From positions 992,001-1,056,000 of the forward strand of contig NC_089436.1 of the NCBI RefSeq assembly GCF_026210795.1: a stretch of DNA of 64,000 nucleotides. The letters are read 5' to 3'. Both the position numbers and the translations under genes were made by a program. The notes beneath the pieces were generated by a model that saw nothing but the letters and a program-made list of their open reading frames with translations, was not told the origin of the DNA and searched no databases. The stretch is from Rhizophagus irregularis. Lineage: Eukaryota. Numbering within the stretch: the stretch's first letter is position 1; each line of letters opens with the position of its first letter. Positions 1-11,400 of this stretch are shown in pieces.

Positions 1-57
1 GTTCAACTATTAAGGTCATCAAATAAATAGTTTCTTAGTAGATTTCTTTAGTGATTT

Positions 58-203
58 TTTTAATAACGGGCAGGGCGACTTCTTCTGGCTCCTCTAGAGA
101 GGTTGGGCACTATCTTTAATCTAGGATTTATTAGACTAGTAGTTTATGTTTGTCCTTATGTATTGTTAAGCTCCAGTCGTGTCTATATCTTAAAAATAAA
201 AAA
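58..203 (+). mobile_element. 5'-truncated non-LTR retroposon 3' end (~146 bp)
   Basis: 16-bp direct repeat ATTTCTTTAGTGATTT at 42-57 and 204-219 flanks an insert ending in an A-rich tail (TAAAAATAAAAAA). Confidence 0.7.
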
Positions 204-292
204 ATTTCTTTAGTGATTTCTTCATGTGATCCCTTAGTCCAACGCGTCCAATTTAACTATAAAATAAAATAAAAATTCCTTAGCCCAATATA

Positions 293-3170
293 ATGGCTAA
301 TTACTTTGACGAAACCGAAGTTGAGCCTGGGATATTTTTCAATACCATAAAATTGGATTAGCACTTACAAAGAGGAACCCGAAAAGCTTACTTATAACAA
401 GTCCTCTGACAAACTCTTCAAAACTCTCCGTGATATTGTTGATAAAAGTTCAGATGACACGATGACAAGATAATTAGAAAAGCTCACGCTCTTTTGTCAA
501 CTAGCAAAGGTAAGAATAATTATATTATATTTTGCGGGTGCGGGCGCTGCTTCAGGATAAGAGTCTCCATATGAACTTTTTCATCACAACAAGGAGGTGC
601 AGCTGTTCGGTGTTCCTCTGATGGACTGTTCGTCCGTTGTGTCGCAGCTACGAGCGAATGGAGATTCTAAATAGCCATTTGATTATCTACGACTAGGAAG
701 TGCAGCTGTTCGGTGCTCCTTCGATGAACTGTTCGTTTGTCGTAGCCTGCTGCAGCCCAGAGCTTTAGCTTTAGTGAGATACAGAAAGATCAGGAAGACT
801 TTCCGAACTAATGGCCTTCTTTTTTTGTGATTTTAGAACCAACGTAAAAGTGGTAACGATATAGACAAACTGTCTGTGGCTCATTGTCGAAAACGAGACG
901 CGTATTCTTTGGATAGAACAGAAAAGACGGATTTGGAACTTCATAAGGTAAAACTTCAATATTAACTGTATAGATACGGAACTGACTACAATTGTATTTG
1001 TAATAGTATAGATTAATGGTGTTATTCAAGCTGTAACGCACGTCCAGTGCTACGCTGATGCTCTGAGTGATGGTGTAATTGCAAACCTGGAACTTGCATC
1101 CGAACCCATAACATCAGCGAGAAGAGTAAGATGTTATTTATGTTTTTTTTACACCTTTTGTTCTGCATCTATAAATTGTACATTACTAACGAATGAATGT
1201 GAATTTCAAGAATGAAAGAAAACGACCAGCCGAGGAATCTTTTACAACCATCACTCCTCCTCCCAACCTTCACAGTCACACTCCTCCTCCCCTCCAAGTT
1301 ATAACTACATGTATAATTCTTATAATGAAGAATAGACCGAAGTTGAGGATACATCAATTGAGGCCTCTCCAGTAATTTTTTTTTCGTTTTATTTGTCGTA
1401 TGATTTGCATAAGCTCGTTTCTAATTTGTATTGCTCTTTAAAGTCAAACGATCGTTATGAATCTGATGTAAGGATTACACGTGAGGTCGACAATAGTCCT
1501 TTTATAGCACAGACAGGGGAAGATTCAACGAAATACAAGGTTAGTGTTAATCGATGATAACATAATCTTTCAAAAACATTGCCACAATTTTGGCATTGAC
1601 TAATTTGGTTCATATTACTCAAGTTTGTCTTGTCATGGAGTCACGCGATTGATAAAGTTGTCATAAATAATGTATCTGAAAATGACGTAAGCATTGAGAA
1701 ATATTGTTTTGTGGTATTTTTATCCTGATATATTCTGATCCTGTCCTCTTTTTGTATAGTGGGTAACACAAAATGGACACAACATCTCTACCGATTTTCG
1801 TAATTTTCAGTTAAAGTCGATTGAAAAATTGAAAACTAATCCGACTTTATCATATGCAAAAGAAATTAGTTTGATATTGTAAGTATTTTTCTATGCAAGA
1901 CTACGGAATTTTGATTAAACTTTATATATACTATTTACAGGTGCCTATCGTCGATTATGTACTGTGAATTTAAACCAGAATACCTTGAATGTTCTGAAAA
2001 GACATGGAGCGAAGTTCACTAACTCCGAAGGGGTTGCCAGAGTTGCTGATCTTGTATAATCGAATACAGCAGGGTAAGTACCTTCGTTGATATTATTATA
2101 AGCAATCAGCAAACACATCAGTTTGTTTATTTGTATTTTTTAGTTTTTGAGTGAAAAAATTACTCAATACAAAAGTGGCGCAGCAACTGGTCGAAAGGGA
2201 ATTCATTATTAACGGACGAAGATGAAGACATTTTTGATTGTGTCCAGATTGTTTCGAGAAATTTGTAAGTTCTAAATTTAATAAAAAATATTTGTTAATG
2301 GTATTATTAACTCTCATTTTCTTCCTTGCAGTTTTACCTATTTATCCTCGGAGAGTTACATTGAGGACAAGAAATTAGACGAAGATACGTTTATTCATCG
2401 ATACTGTCATCGAGCTTTCATTAGTTTGGTAAGTCTTATGCGATCACTACAGTATACTAGATATATAAATAATGATTACATTTCATTATTGAAATAAAGA
2501 GCTAATAGCGAATCTGAAAGCTCCAAGGAGAGACGATTATTAGATGGGCATAGACATGGTAGAAAGCCAGATTTCCGGATCCTCTCAAAAATCGACGATA
2601 TTGATAGGGAATTTATATTTGGTGAGATTAAGCCACCACATTGCCCTGACACCGTAAATAAAAGTGTAATTAAATTAGCAGAATTCATGAAAGGGTCTTT
2701 ATACCTTATAATTAATATTTACGGTTATGTGGCTGGTCTAGAAATGTACGGTATATTAATTTGTGGTAAGTACAGTACCACTATTATAACTTTGCTGATG
2801 CTTGATTGCCAAGCTAATTAGATATAAAACAAATAATAGGAAGTGAGATTAAAATCTTTAGCATCTATTTGGCATATGAAGGTCTTTACCGTTTTAATCT
2901 ATTATCGAAAGTATTGCTTCCAACGGAAAACGCGAATTTTTTAAACATAATCACCTCTATATTAGTTATTGATAAGAACCTTACTTCATGATCTTCAAAA
3001 AAGTCGCTTCGCAATGTAATCTCATTGTTTTTATTTACGTAAGAGAGGGTAAGATCTACTATTTGTACTATAAATTCATCATCATCAACTCAATCATCAA
3101 ATCTCCCTCACCCATATTATCGAAAGTCAAATTCTTCACCTAAGAAAATACGTGTGCCGATAGTCAGAGC
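293..3170 (+). pseudogene. Decayed multi-exon gene with a C-terminal PD-(D/E)XK (restriction-endonuclease-fold) domain
   Basis: ATG at 293 (MANYFDETEV) is followed by frameshifts and many GT..AG introns. The exon at 2501-2765 reads ANSESESSKERR..GRKPDFRI..EFIFGEIKPP..IKLAEFMKGSL..YGILICG, giving PD plus ExK motifs. The 3' end is approximate. Confidence 0.6.
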
Positions 3171-3752
3171 TTAGTTAGGTGGTGCATAAAAATTCATATG
3201 TTGGGACGATTAAATAGTATTGTGATAGTCTATATTCATTAATATTGATTATATGTATGCACTGTTTTCATATTTAAAAAAAATGTTACAATGCGAAATA
3301 TCAATTACCTTAATTATTTTTTGTTGCAACCTTATATGTGAACACTGAACATGGATGAGTATGTGCATCGTTTATATGCCAATTTTTTTATACATAATCG
3401 TTTTATTGTACAAACAGTACGAACATCAAATGTGTACATTTAACCCATGTAAAAGTGATTGGCGTGAACAATTGTTCACGCGCACATGATTTTATGTATA
3501 CAGCATCGGAAAAATGAATACGTGTATATGTTAAAAGGTTAGCAAGAAAACGGCTCAGGAACTCGATTGGTGATCTGTAACTCATCTCATGCCACAAATT
3601 GATGTAAATTCGAGATATAAATTCCCGATATGCTTGTAATCAAATAAAAATGAATATGATGTCTTATTATAATATACTTGCTATAAATTGCTAAAAACAC
3701 TATAAATCTATGAAATTACTATAAAATGTTATAAACTATTTATAATCGTAAA

Positions 3753-4510
3753 AATGGTTAAAACTAATTACTATTCTGGCTTAAATCCTGTAGTAGTGCA
3801 GGCATTAAACAATCTGCAATATAGGTAGGTATAGTGGTGAAAAACCAGAAATGTGGTGTTCTCATGTTCATTATCCATTTAAGAAACTTCTTGAAAATAA
3901 CCTAAAACACTTTTCTAAGAATGGATTTATTCAAATGATTGAAAGATCATATAAAGATGGGGATTTAAAGCTGAGAGACACTCATTTCATATTTATTGTA
4001 CTGTATATGACTTCTTGGTAATTATCTGTAAAAATACCATTGAATGTGCTAACAATCATCTAAAGAAATGTATTACTAAATCATCTAAAAAGAATCTTAC
4101 ATATTCTGATTTTATATGAAAGAATATGAAAAAAGGAGGAAATGTATCATTACTCAGTTCTGATGAAGTTGATGAGATTTTTATGAATTATTCTTTATAT
4201 CCATAGCGTAATTATTATAAATATACACACGTCAAATAACCAAAAACAGGCAAAAAAAATGGCTAGAATTGCAGAAACTATTCGCAAATTTATATAAACT
4301 ATTTAGTATAGGTTAATTCGCAAATAGCCAAAAACAGCCAAGAATAGCCAAGAATAGCCAAGAATAGCCACTGCTTTTCGTGCCATTTTTTTTGCCGATT
4401 TTTAGCATTTCGACCTGTGATAATATGGCGAATAATGAAAATTGCTTATTTCATATTAGTGCAAAAGCTATCCAACAGGCTTGGAGAGCTTTTAAGTTGA
4501 GAAGTAAATA
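3753..4510 (+). pseudogene. Degenerate intronless ORF fragments of unknown function
   Basis: MVKTNYYSGLNPVVVQALNNLQYR.. with frameshifts, and an IQ-like AKAIQQAWRAFKLR at ~4461-4502. Confidence 0.35.
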
Positions 4511-4628
4511 AAGTAAATTCCAAATGAAGAAAAGCTATAGAAAAAGAAAATAGTAATATTTAAAAAAACAAGTAAGTTTTTTAATTTTATTTTATTTTTT
4601 ATTATTTTTAGAATTTATCTAATTATTA

Positions 4629-4738
4629 TCAGGGGTGATGATCACCAGTAACTGAAATTATGTCAATTGACCAGCATTAAAAAATATAGTGCCAGTAAAA
4701 ATTGATAATTCTGGCCAACTGGTGATGATCACCTCCAG
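4629..4738. mobile_element. Short MITE
   Basis: Imperfect TIRs CAGGGGTGATGATCACCAGT / ACTGGTGATGATCACCTCCA; no TSD resolved. Confidence 0.45.
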
Positions 4739-6150
4739 TAATTTGAAGTAAAAACCTTATTTTTATTTATATATAATTAACTTAATTATGTATCATTTCT
4801 AGAATTTGAATCAATACTTTACAATATGTAACTTATGCAAATTCAAATGTTTACGATAATTTAGAAAATCCAAAAAAATGTTAATAAGATATATGTGGAT
4901 GTGAAATCCAATAGTGACTTAAATAATCAAAATGAAATAATATAAAATAGATTGAAGTAAAAGTATACATATTGCTATATAGTAATTAGCAACTTTATAG
5001 AACCCACCTACTATTAAGATATATTACTGGTAAAAATTTTATTTTCATATAAAACCTTACTTTAGTAAAAAGGAAAAAAATCATAATCAAAGAATTTTAT
5101 ATATAAACTTTACTTTAAATTATAGGATGACTTATTTTAATAGTAGATGAAGTTTTAACTTTATTCAATAATTAATATATTGTAGGATGCAATAAGCTAA
5201 GCAATCTATACTTTATCTAAAAAAGTTAAATAGTCATGATGTATTATTTGATGCAAGACAAGATAAATTTAGCAAAATTAAGAAAAATGAATGGAAATGT
5301 TATTAAATTTAATATTTTTTTATAAATAATTTATATATATATATATAATATATTATGATTTTTAATAGGTTCAATAATTTTCTTAACAAGCAAAAAATAA
5401 CATTATATAACATATTAAAAAAGCCATTCATGTAAAATTTGTAAAACTTGTAAAACTAAAAGCTGAAAATCATCAAATTATATATAATAAAGGGCAAAAC
5501 TTCAGAATTCTGAAGTAATATGTAAATGTTATAAAAAATTAAATCAATCTATCAATTATTCAATCCAAATAATGATTTACAATATACTTATTTAAATTCA
5601 ATTATTGATCATATCTTTATTAATCAAAATATAGAAAAGAATTCAATTGCTTTTGAAATAGCAGTTGCTGTAAATTACTTAGATTCAATAAAGGGTATTA
5701 ATATAGTTTCAAGTAAAATTATTAGGCAAATGAACTACTTTTTAAAAAAAATGCAGGTTGTTAAATATGAAGAATTAATTAGTTTATATTTGATATCTAA
5801 TTATTAAATGTATTATAACTACATATGTATGTAAAATCCACTTACTAGAAATAGTGAAATCCTAGATTTTAGATCAAAAACCTGGTTTTAGAATCTAGTT
5901 TGCAAATCTTTAAGTCTAAATTTTAAATCAAAAGTGGACTAGATTCTAAAAAATCCTAACTAATAAAGTATTAATATATATTACATCAGGAAATTTTATA
6001 GTGCAAAAAATTGTGTAAGTTTACGATTTTGTAAGTTTATGAAAGTTTATGGCATAATATTTCGAAAATTTCAAAATATTACGTAAGTTTACAATTTCGT
6101 AAGATTTATGTGATATTACGGTTAAAATATTACACAAGTTTTCAATATCA

Positions 6151-6520
6151 TAAGATTTACGCAATATTACGGTCAAAATATTTCAAAAATTTACGAAACT
6201 GTAAACCTGCGTAATATTATGGTTAAAATATTTCAAAAATTTACAAAACTGTAAATCTGCGTAATATTACAGTTAAAATATTTCAAAAATTTACAAGACT
6301 GTAAACCTGCGTAATATTACGGTTAAAATATTTCAAAAATTTACGAGACTGTAAACCTGCGTAATATTACAGTTAAAATATTTTGAAAATTTACGAGACT
6401 GTAAACTTGCGTAATATTACGATTAAAATATTTCAAAAATTTACGAGACTGTAAACCTGCGTAATATTACGGTTAAAATATTTCAAAAATTTACGAGATT
6501 GTAAACCTGCGTAATATTAC
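6151..6520. repeat. 50-bp tandem repeat, ~7.5 copies
   Basis: GTAAACCTGCGTAATATTACGGTTAAAATATTTCAAAAATTTACGAGACT starts at 6201, 6251, 6301, 6351, 6401, 6451 and 6501. Confidence 0.95.
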
Positions 6521-7029
6521 TATTCGATCGTTAAAGCTGCGTATGCAGTAGAATATATACAAGGGGCATGTGATACTATTGAATAATCAAAAATAATATA
6601 AACACCTTTTCTTTTATATAAACACCTTTTTTTTAAAGTTTGGGAAAGCAAATTTATTTTTATTTACGAATTTTTTATTATTTACAATTTTTATGTTAAA
6701 AATTAAAGTAAATTCTAATTTTTATTATAACTTAATAAAAAAATACATATTTGATACTTGTTCGCTACTATTTTATAAAATAGTACCCAGGCTGTATGAC
6801 GTGGACGTCAGTATCAGTCATAGTCCAAAAAAAATGTGAGTCTCCAGTCGATATTTGGTACGAACTGGGTCTAGCTACTCACTTAATAAATAATAAAAAA
6901 ATAAAAATAATTATCTTCTTCTACGATACGTAGGTAAGTTTCTCCTTGCCCTACGATTATCACGCGTGACTAAAATTAATCAAATTTATCAAATTTAAAA
7001 CATGAACGTAAATATTAATTATAAATTTT

Positions 7030-7538
7030 ATTATAGTATAATTACCCGGCCTCTCCCAAAATTTCGTTCTAAATTCGCGATAATATCTTTGGCCGGTATG
7101 CATTCACAGCCGCCGCTCAGGGTTACCATTACGATAAAGGACATAGTTCTAAATATCAAAATCAGTTTGAATATTTAATAAATATATTTAATTTATATGA
7201 ATGTAATTTTATTTATTTACTTACATGGTAATCCCTGACGAGGTTCCTCCACTTTTGGCTGCACTGTTGCCCAGAAATCCTCGTTCGAAATATTCTATTT
7301 ATTCTGATTCAATTAAATGGATTGGTTAATTTGAATTTAAATTCTTTCTTAAAGAAATTATAGATATTAGTCATATGAACCTATTGGCAACAGAGTCCTA
7401 AAAATCATGGCGGCTTTTACCATTAATATTGTAGTAGGCGCAGTTTCTGTCTTAGCGTATGTCAACAAGTTCATCTATCATAGCCCAGTTTCAATGGACG
7501 TTATAATGGGAACGACGTGAACGTATGTGGCAAGGCAT
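7030..7538 (-). pseudogene. Myb/SANT-like (trihelix) DNA-binding protein pseudogene, 3 exons
   Basis: Spliced translation MPCHIRSRRSHYNVH*NWAMIDELVDIR*DRNCAYYNINGKSRHDF*DSVANR/INRIFRTRISGQQCSQKWRNLVRDYH/NYVLYRNG..RYYREFRTKFWERP. It shows the QC..KW.NL...Y trihelix signature, GT-AG introns and in-frame stops. Confidence 0.7.
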
Positions 7539-8797
7539 TATTAGATTAGATTTGATTTTATAATTTGATTTTGGGATGAGTAAAAATTTGAAAGAAAGTC
7601 GTAAAATGTCACTTTAAATAAAATTTGAACAATACCTCTTTGGTTTGATTTTATTTTTTGTTTCAATTAAAATTTAATTTATTAGACTTTTTATCATTAA
7701 ACATATTAATTAAATCTCATACGGATATGGATTATCTAAATATAAATATGATTAAATCAAAAAATAAAAAAAATCTTAGTTTGATTTCAATTAAAAATAA
7801 TTGAAAATCATGTACATGTTTAATTGTTTTAAATATAAATATCAATATATATATCATATTTAAAAATAAAACAATTTATTATTAGCACATTCTATTGAAT
7901 TTTAAATATTTCGTATACATTTCTTAAAAAAATTAATTTTTTTTTAATCAATTTAATTTAATTAAAAATAATTGAAAATCATGAATTATTTTAAATATAA
8001 ATATCAATATATCACATTTAAAAATAAACCAATTTATTATTAGCACATTTTATTGAATTTTAAAAAAATCAATTTTTTTTTTTAAAAAAAAAATCATCAA
8101 TATATCATATTTAAAAATAAAACAATTATATTCTGATTAAATATTTTGTGTACATTTCTTAAAAAAATCATAAAAAAAATCTTGTACATTATACATGCAA
8201 TTACTAAATATCATCCTCTTGTGATAAATAAAAAATTACACAACACAAATTCAACACAAATTCAACACAAATTCAACACAAATTTAACAAATTTAACAAA
8301 TTTAACAAAATTTGGCCAAAATTAATAATTTTTTACTAGAATTATCAACACAAATTGAACACAAATTGAACACAAATTTCAGTCACGATTTATTTATATC
8401 ACACCTGCTATATGATGTACATGATTTTTTAAAATACAGATTTCCATAATTTTACGATAACGTATTTTCTGGCCAATCAAAATTAGACTGATCCTTGTAT
8501 GTGATTTAATCATTTAATCATGCATGCGTTTTTTGTCTTATTTATTTTTATCTCTTATTTCTTTATTCTTTTGTTCAATATTTTTAATTTTTTGTCTCTT
8601 CTTTCTATTATTTCTTTAATTATATACAATATATTTACATATATTTCATAATTTATTGCTTTGCAGATATAGAAATATTTGTTTATTAATACTAATTATT
8701 TTAATATTAATGCGTTTTTTTACCTTTTTGTTATTTTGTATCATAATACTAACAATAATATCCATTTTTCCTTTATTCCTTTTTACTTGTACTTTAA

Positions 8798-9275
8798 GGG
8801 GAGAGTGTAATCACGTGACTTTTGATTGACTATCATGGCACAAAATTTTTTTTGTGCTATTCAGAACGTCCATGTCTAATAAAACATTTGTAAATTACTA
8901 AATATTAAAAAAAATATATTATTTTCTTACCTTTTGGAACCTGAAAGTTCACCAGGTATAGTTTTTATTTAGACTTAAATATTATATTTTGGAGAAAATA
9001 TCAAAGAAGTTCCAAAAAGGTTGCGAATCGCTTAGTGAAAGTTTAGAATCTCTCTACTGGAAAACATAATATTATTTTTTTAACAAAAAGCATTTTATCA
9101 TTAATTAATTTAATATATTTGTATTCTATATGTATGTTTTCACATGTCTTTACAAAAATAATAATAAAATAATACATAATTATTCAAACTAAAGTACTTT
9201 TGTTTTTGGGCTTCATATTTTAAATTTTTGCGCCATTGATAGTCTTATTATAAATCACATGACTACACGTTCCCC
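8798..9275. mobile_element. MITE with GGGG..CCCC termini in a TTAA context (Harbinger-like ends)
   Basis: TTAA-GGGGAGAGTGTAATCACGTGA ... TCACATGACTACACGTTCCCC-TTAA. An empty paralogous site TTTTACTTGTACTTTAATAC is present at 9471-9490. Confidence 0.8.
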
Positions 9276-10333
9276 TTAATACTAACAATACTAACGATAC
9301 TAACAACATGTTTATTTTTTCCTTTTTTTATTCTTTTGTTCAATTACTTTGCAGGTATAGAAATATTTATTTATTAATACTAATTATTTTAATATTAACG
9401 TGTTTTTTTTTACCTCTTTGTTACTTTATGTTGTAATACTAACAATACTATCTACATTTTCTTTATTCCTTTTTACTTGTACTTTAATACTAACGATAAT
9501 ATCCATATTTCTTTTACTCCTTTACTGTTTCTTTAACTCTTTTTACCTTAATACTAACAATAATAACAATATTTCTTTTATCTTTATATCTAATACTAAC
9601 GTTACTATAGCTGTTTCTCTTCTTTTTACGTCTAATAATATTGTTACTCTTTACTCTTTCTTTTTTTTACTTTTATGTATTCTGTATATATTAATAAATA
9701 CTTGTAATTTTTTATAGTTTAATAAAATTATATCTAATAAAACATACATTATATAAACTTATAGTACAGAAAATGAAGTATTATTTATCAAAATATTTTG
9801 AAATATTACAAAATATTAAGTTGTGTAAAATCACAGAATATTACGAATCGTCAAATTATGAAGCATTACGCATCATAGAATTTCGAAATATTTTAAAAAG
9901 TTGCGAAGTATTATGCAGTAAAATTACGGAATATTATAAATCGTAAAATTACGAAGCCTTGCATATAGTAATATTTCAAAATATTTTAAAAAGTTACAAA
10001 ATATTACGCTTATGCAAACTTGCGGCAGGTCTGAAAACTTACAAAATATTATGTAAAATTACGAAATATTGCGAACCGCAAAATTACAGAATATTACAAA
10101 TCGTAAAATTACGAAGCTTTGCATATCGTAATATTTCAAAATATTTTAAAAAGTTACAAAATATTACACTTACGTAAACTTGCGGTGGGTCTGAAAGCTT
10201 ACGAAATATTATGATGTGTAAACTTGCGCAACTTTTCGCACTATATAATTTTCTGATGTAAATAGAAATCAAATATTAAATATACAAGTCATAAAAGAAT
10301 AATATAAAATTATATTATATTTAAATTATATAC

Positions 10334-10816
10334 TAGAGTTTGGAACTGGTTTTATTTTTAAAAACTGAATTTAAAATGAATGCAACTGGTTCAATCCATT
10401 TCAAACTGATTTCACAAAATCTGATTGAAACTGAATAATTAAATTGTATATATTTGATAATTCTAGCCAAAATTAAATGTGATCGGCATAAATCTGGCCA
10501 AGTTATAATTTCAGCCAGAATTACAACCCTTGTATAATACAATATGAAATTGTGTGAGACACAATTATCTATAATAAAATTTTGTGTAATATAACTTATC
10601 TGGCAGCTAAACTATTTAATTATAATTACGTAATTTTAATTTCGTAATTCAGGCTAGTACTATAAAGTTTCAATATCAAACCAGGTTGAAAATCTGGTTG
10701 CATCTGTTTTAAATGCAAACCAGTTTTCAAAATATAAATTCAGGTCAAACTGAATTGTCAAAAAATCAGTTAGAACTAATTTTTAAACCAGTTGGTACAA
10801 CCGGTTCTAAACTCTA
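10334..10816. mobile_element. hAT-type MITE
   Basis: TIRs TAGAGTTTGGAACTGGTT / AACCGGTTCTAAACTCTA; 8-bp TSD TTATATAC/TTATATAT. Confidence 0.75.
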
Positions 10817-10826
10817 TTATATATTA

Positions 10827-10998
10827 CAGTCAGACCTCCATAATTGCACATCCTTTGGCATAATTTTCAAAATAGTGCATTTATAGAAGTAAAATAATTA
10901 GAGATCATATAAGCTTGAGACTGAATCAGAGAGTGTATTTAGAGAGGGTATATATAGTGGATGCAATTATAAAAAGTGCAATTATAGAGGTCTGACTG
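10827..10998. mobile_element. Tc1/mariner (pogo-like) MITE
   Basis: TA-CAGTCAGACCTCCATAATTGCAC ... GTGCAATTATAGAGGTCTGACTG-TA. Confidence 0.85.
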
Positions 10999-11139
10999 TA
11001 TATAGTAAAGTTTTTCATGAACCAGCTCACAAACTAAAAATATATTAACTTGTAAGTCTATTATAAACTAACTTGTGAGAAATCTTACTGTATAATTTGC
11101 TAAAAACTTACTATAAATTGATTTTAATTAATAATAAAA

Positions 11140-11400
11140 TTATGTAAAAAAGTGAATTGCAATATTGCAATTTATATTTTTATATTAAAATCATATAAAA
11201 AGGTGAATTACAATACCACAATTTACTTTTTATATAGAATCAATATAAAAAAGTAAATTGCAAATTTGCAATATCACAACTCACTTTTTTTTATATAAAA
11301 TCAATATAAAAAAGTGAATCACAATATCACAACTCACTTTTTTATATAAAATCAATATAAAATAGTGAATTCCAATATTGCAATTCATTTTTTTTATATT
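11140..11400. repeat. Decayed copy of the ~52-bp palindromic repeat also found at 15350-15850
   Basis: AAAAAGTGAAT(T/C)(G/A)CAATAT(T/C)(G/A)CAA(T/C)TCACTTTTT units, with CpG replaced by TpG/CpA. Confidence 0.8.

Larger units (their letters stand above)
5984..10258. mobile_element. 4.3-kb non-autonomous TIR DNA transposon with subterminal repeat arrays (superfamily unresolved)
   Basis: ~42-bp imperfect TIRs (TA)CATCAGGAAATTTTATAGTGC..GTAAGTTTAC and GTAAACTTGC..GCACTATATAATTTTCTGATG(TA), with TA on both sides. 50-bp repeats lie inside the left end and ~160-bp repeats inside the right end. Confidence 0.75.

Noticed and set aside
6151..6520. CRISPR-like regular repeat
   Set aside because: The units are contiguous with no unique spacers, lie inside a TIR element, and no cas genes are present.
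9400..9717. 105-aa hydrophobic ORF
   Set aside because: Low-complexity T-rich duplicated DNA with a non-ATG start.
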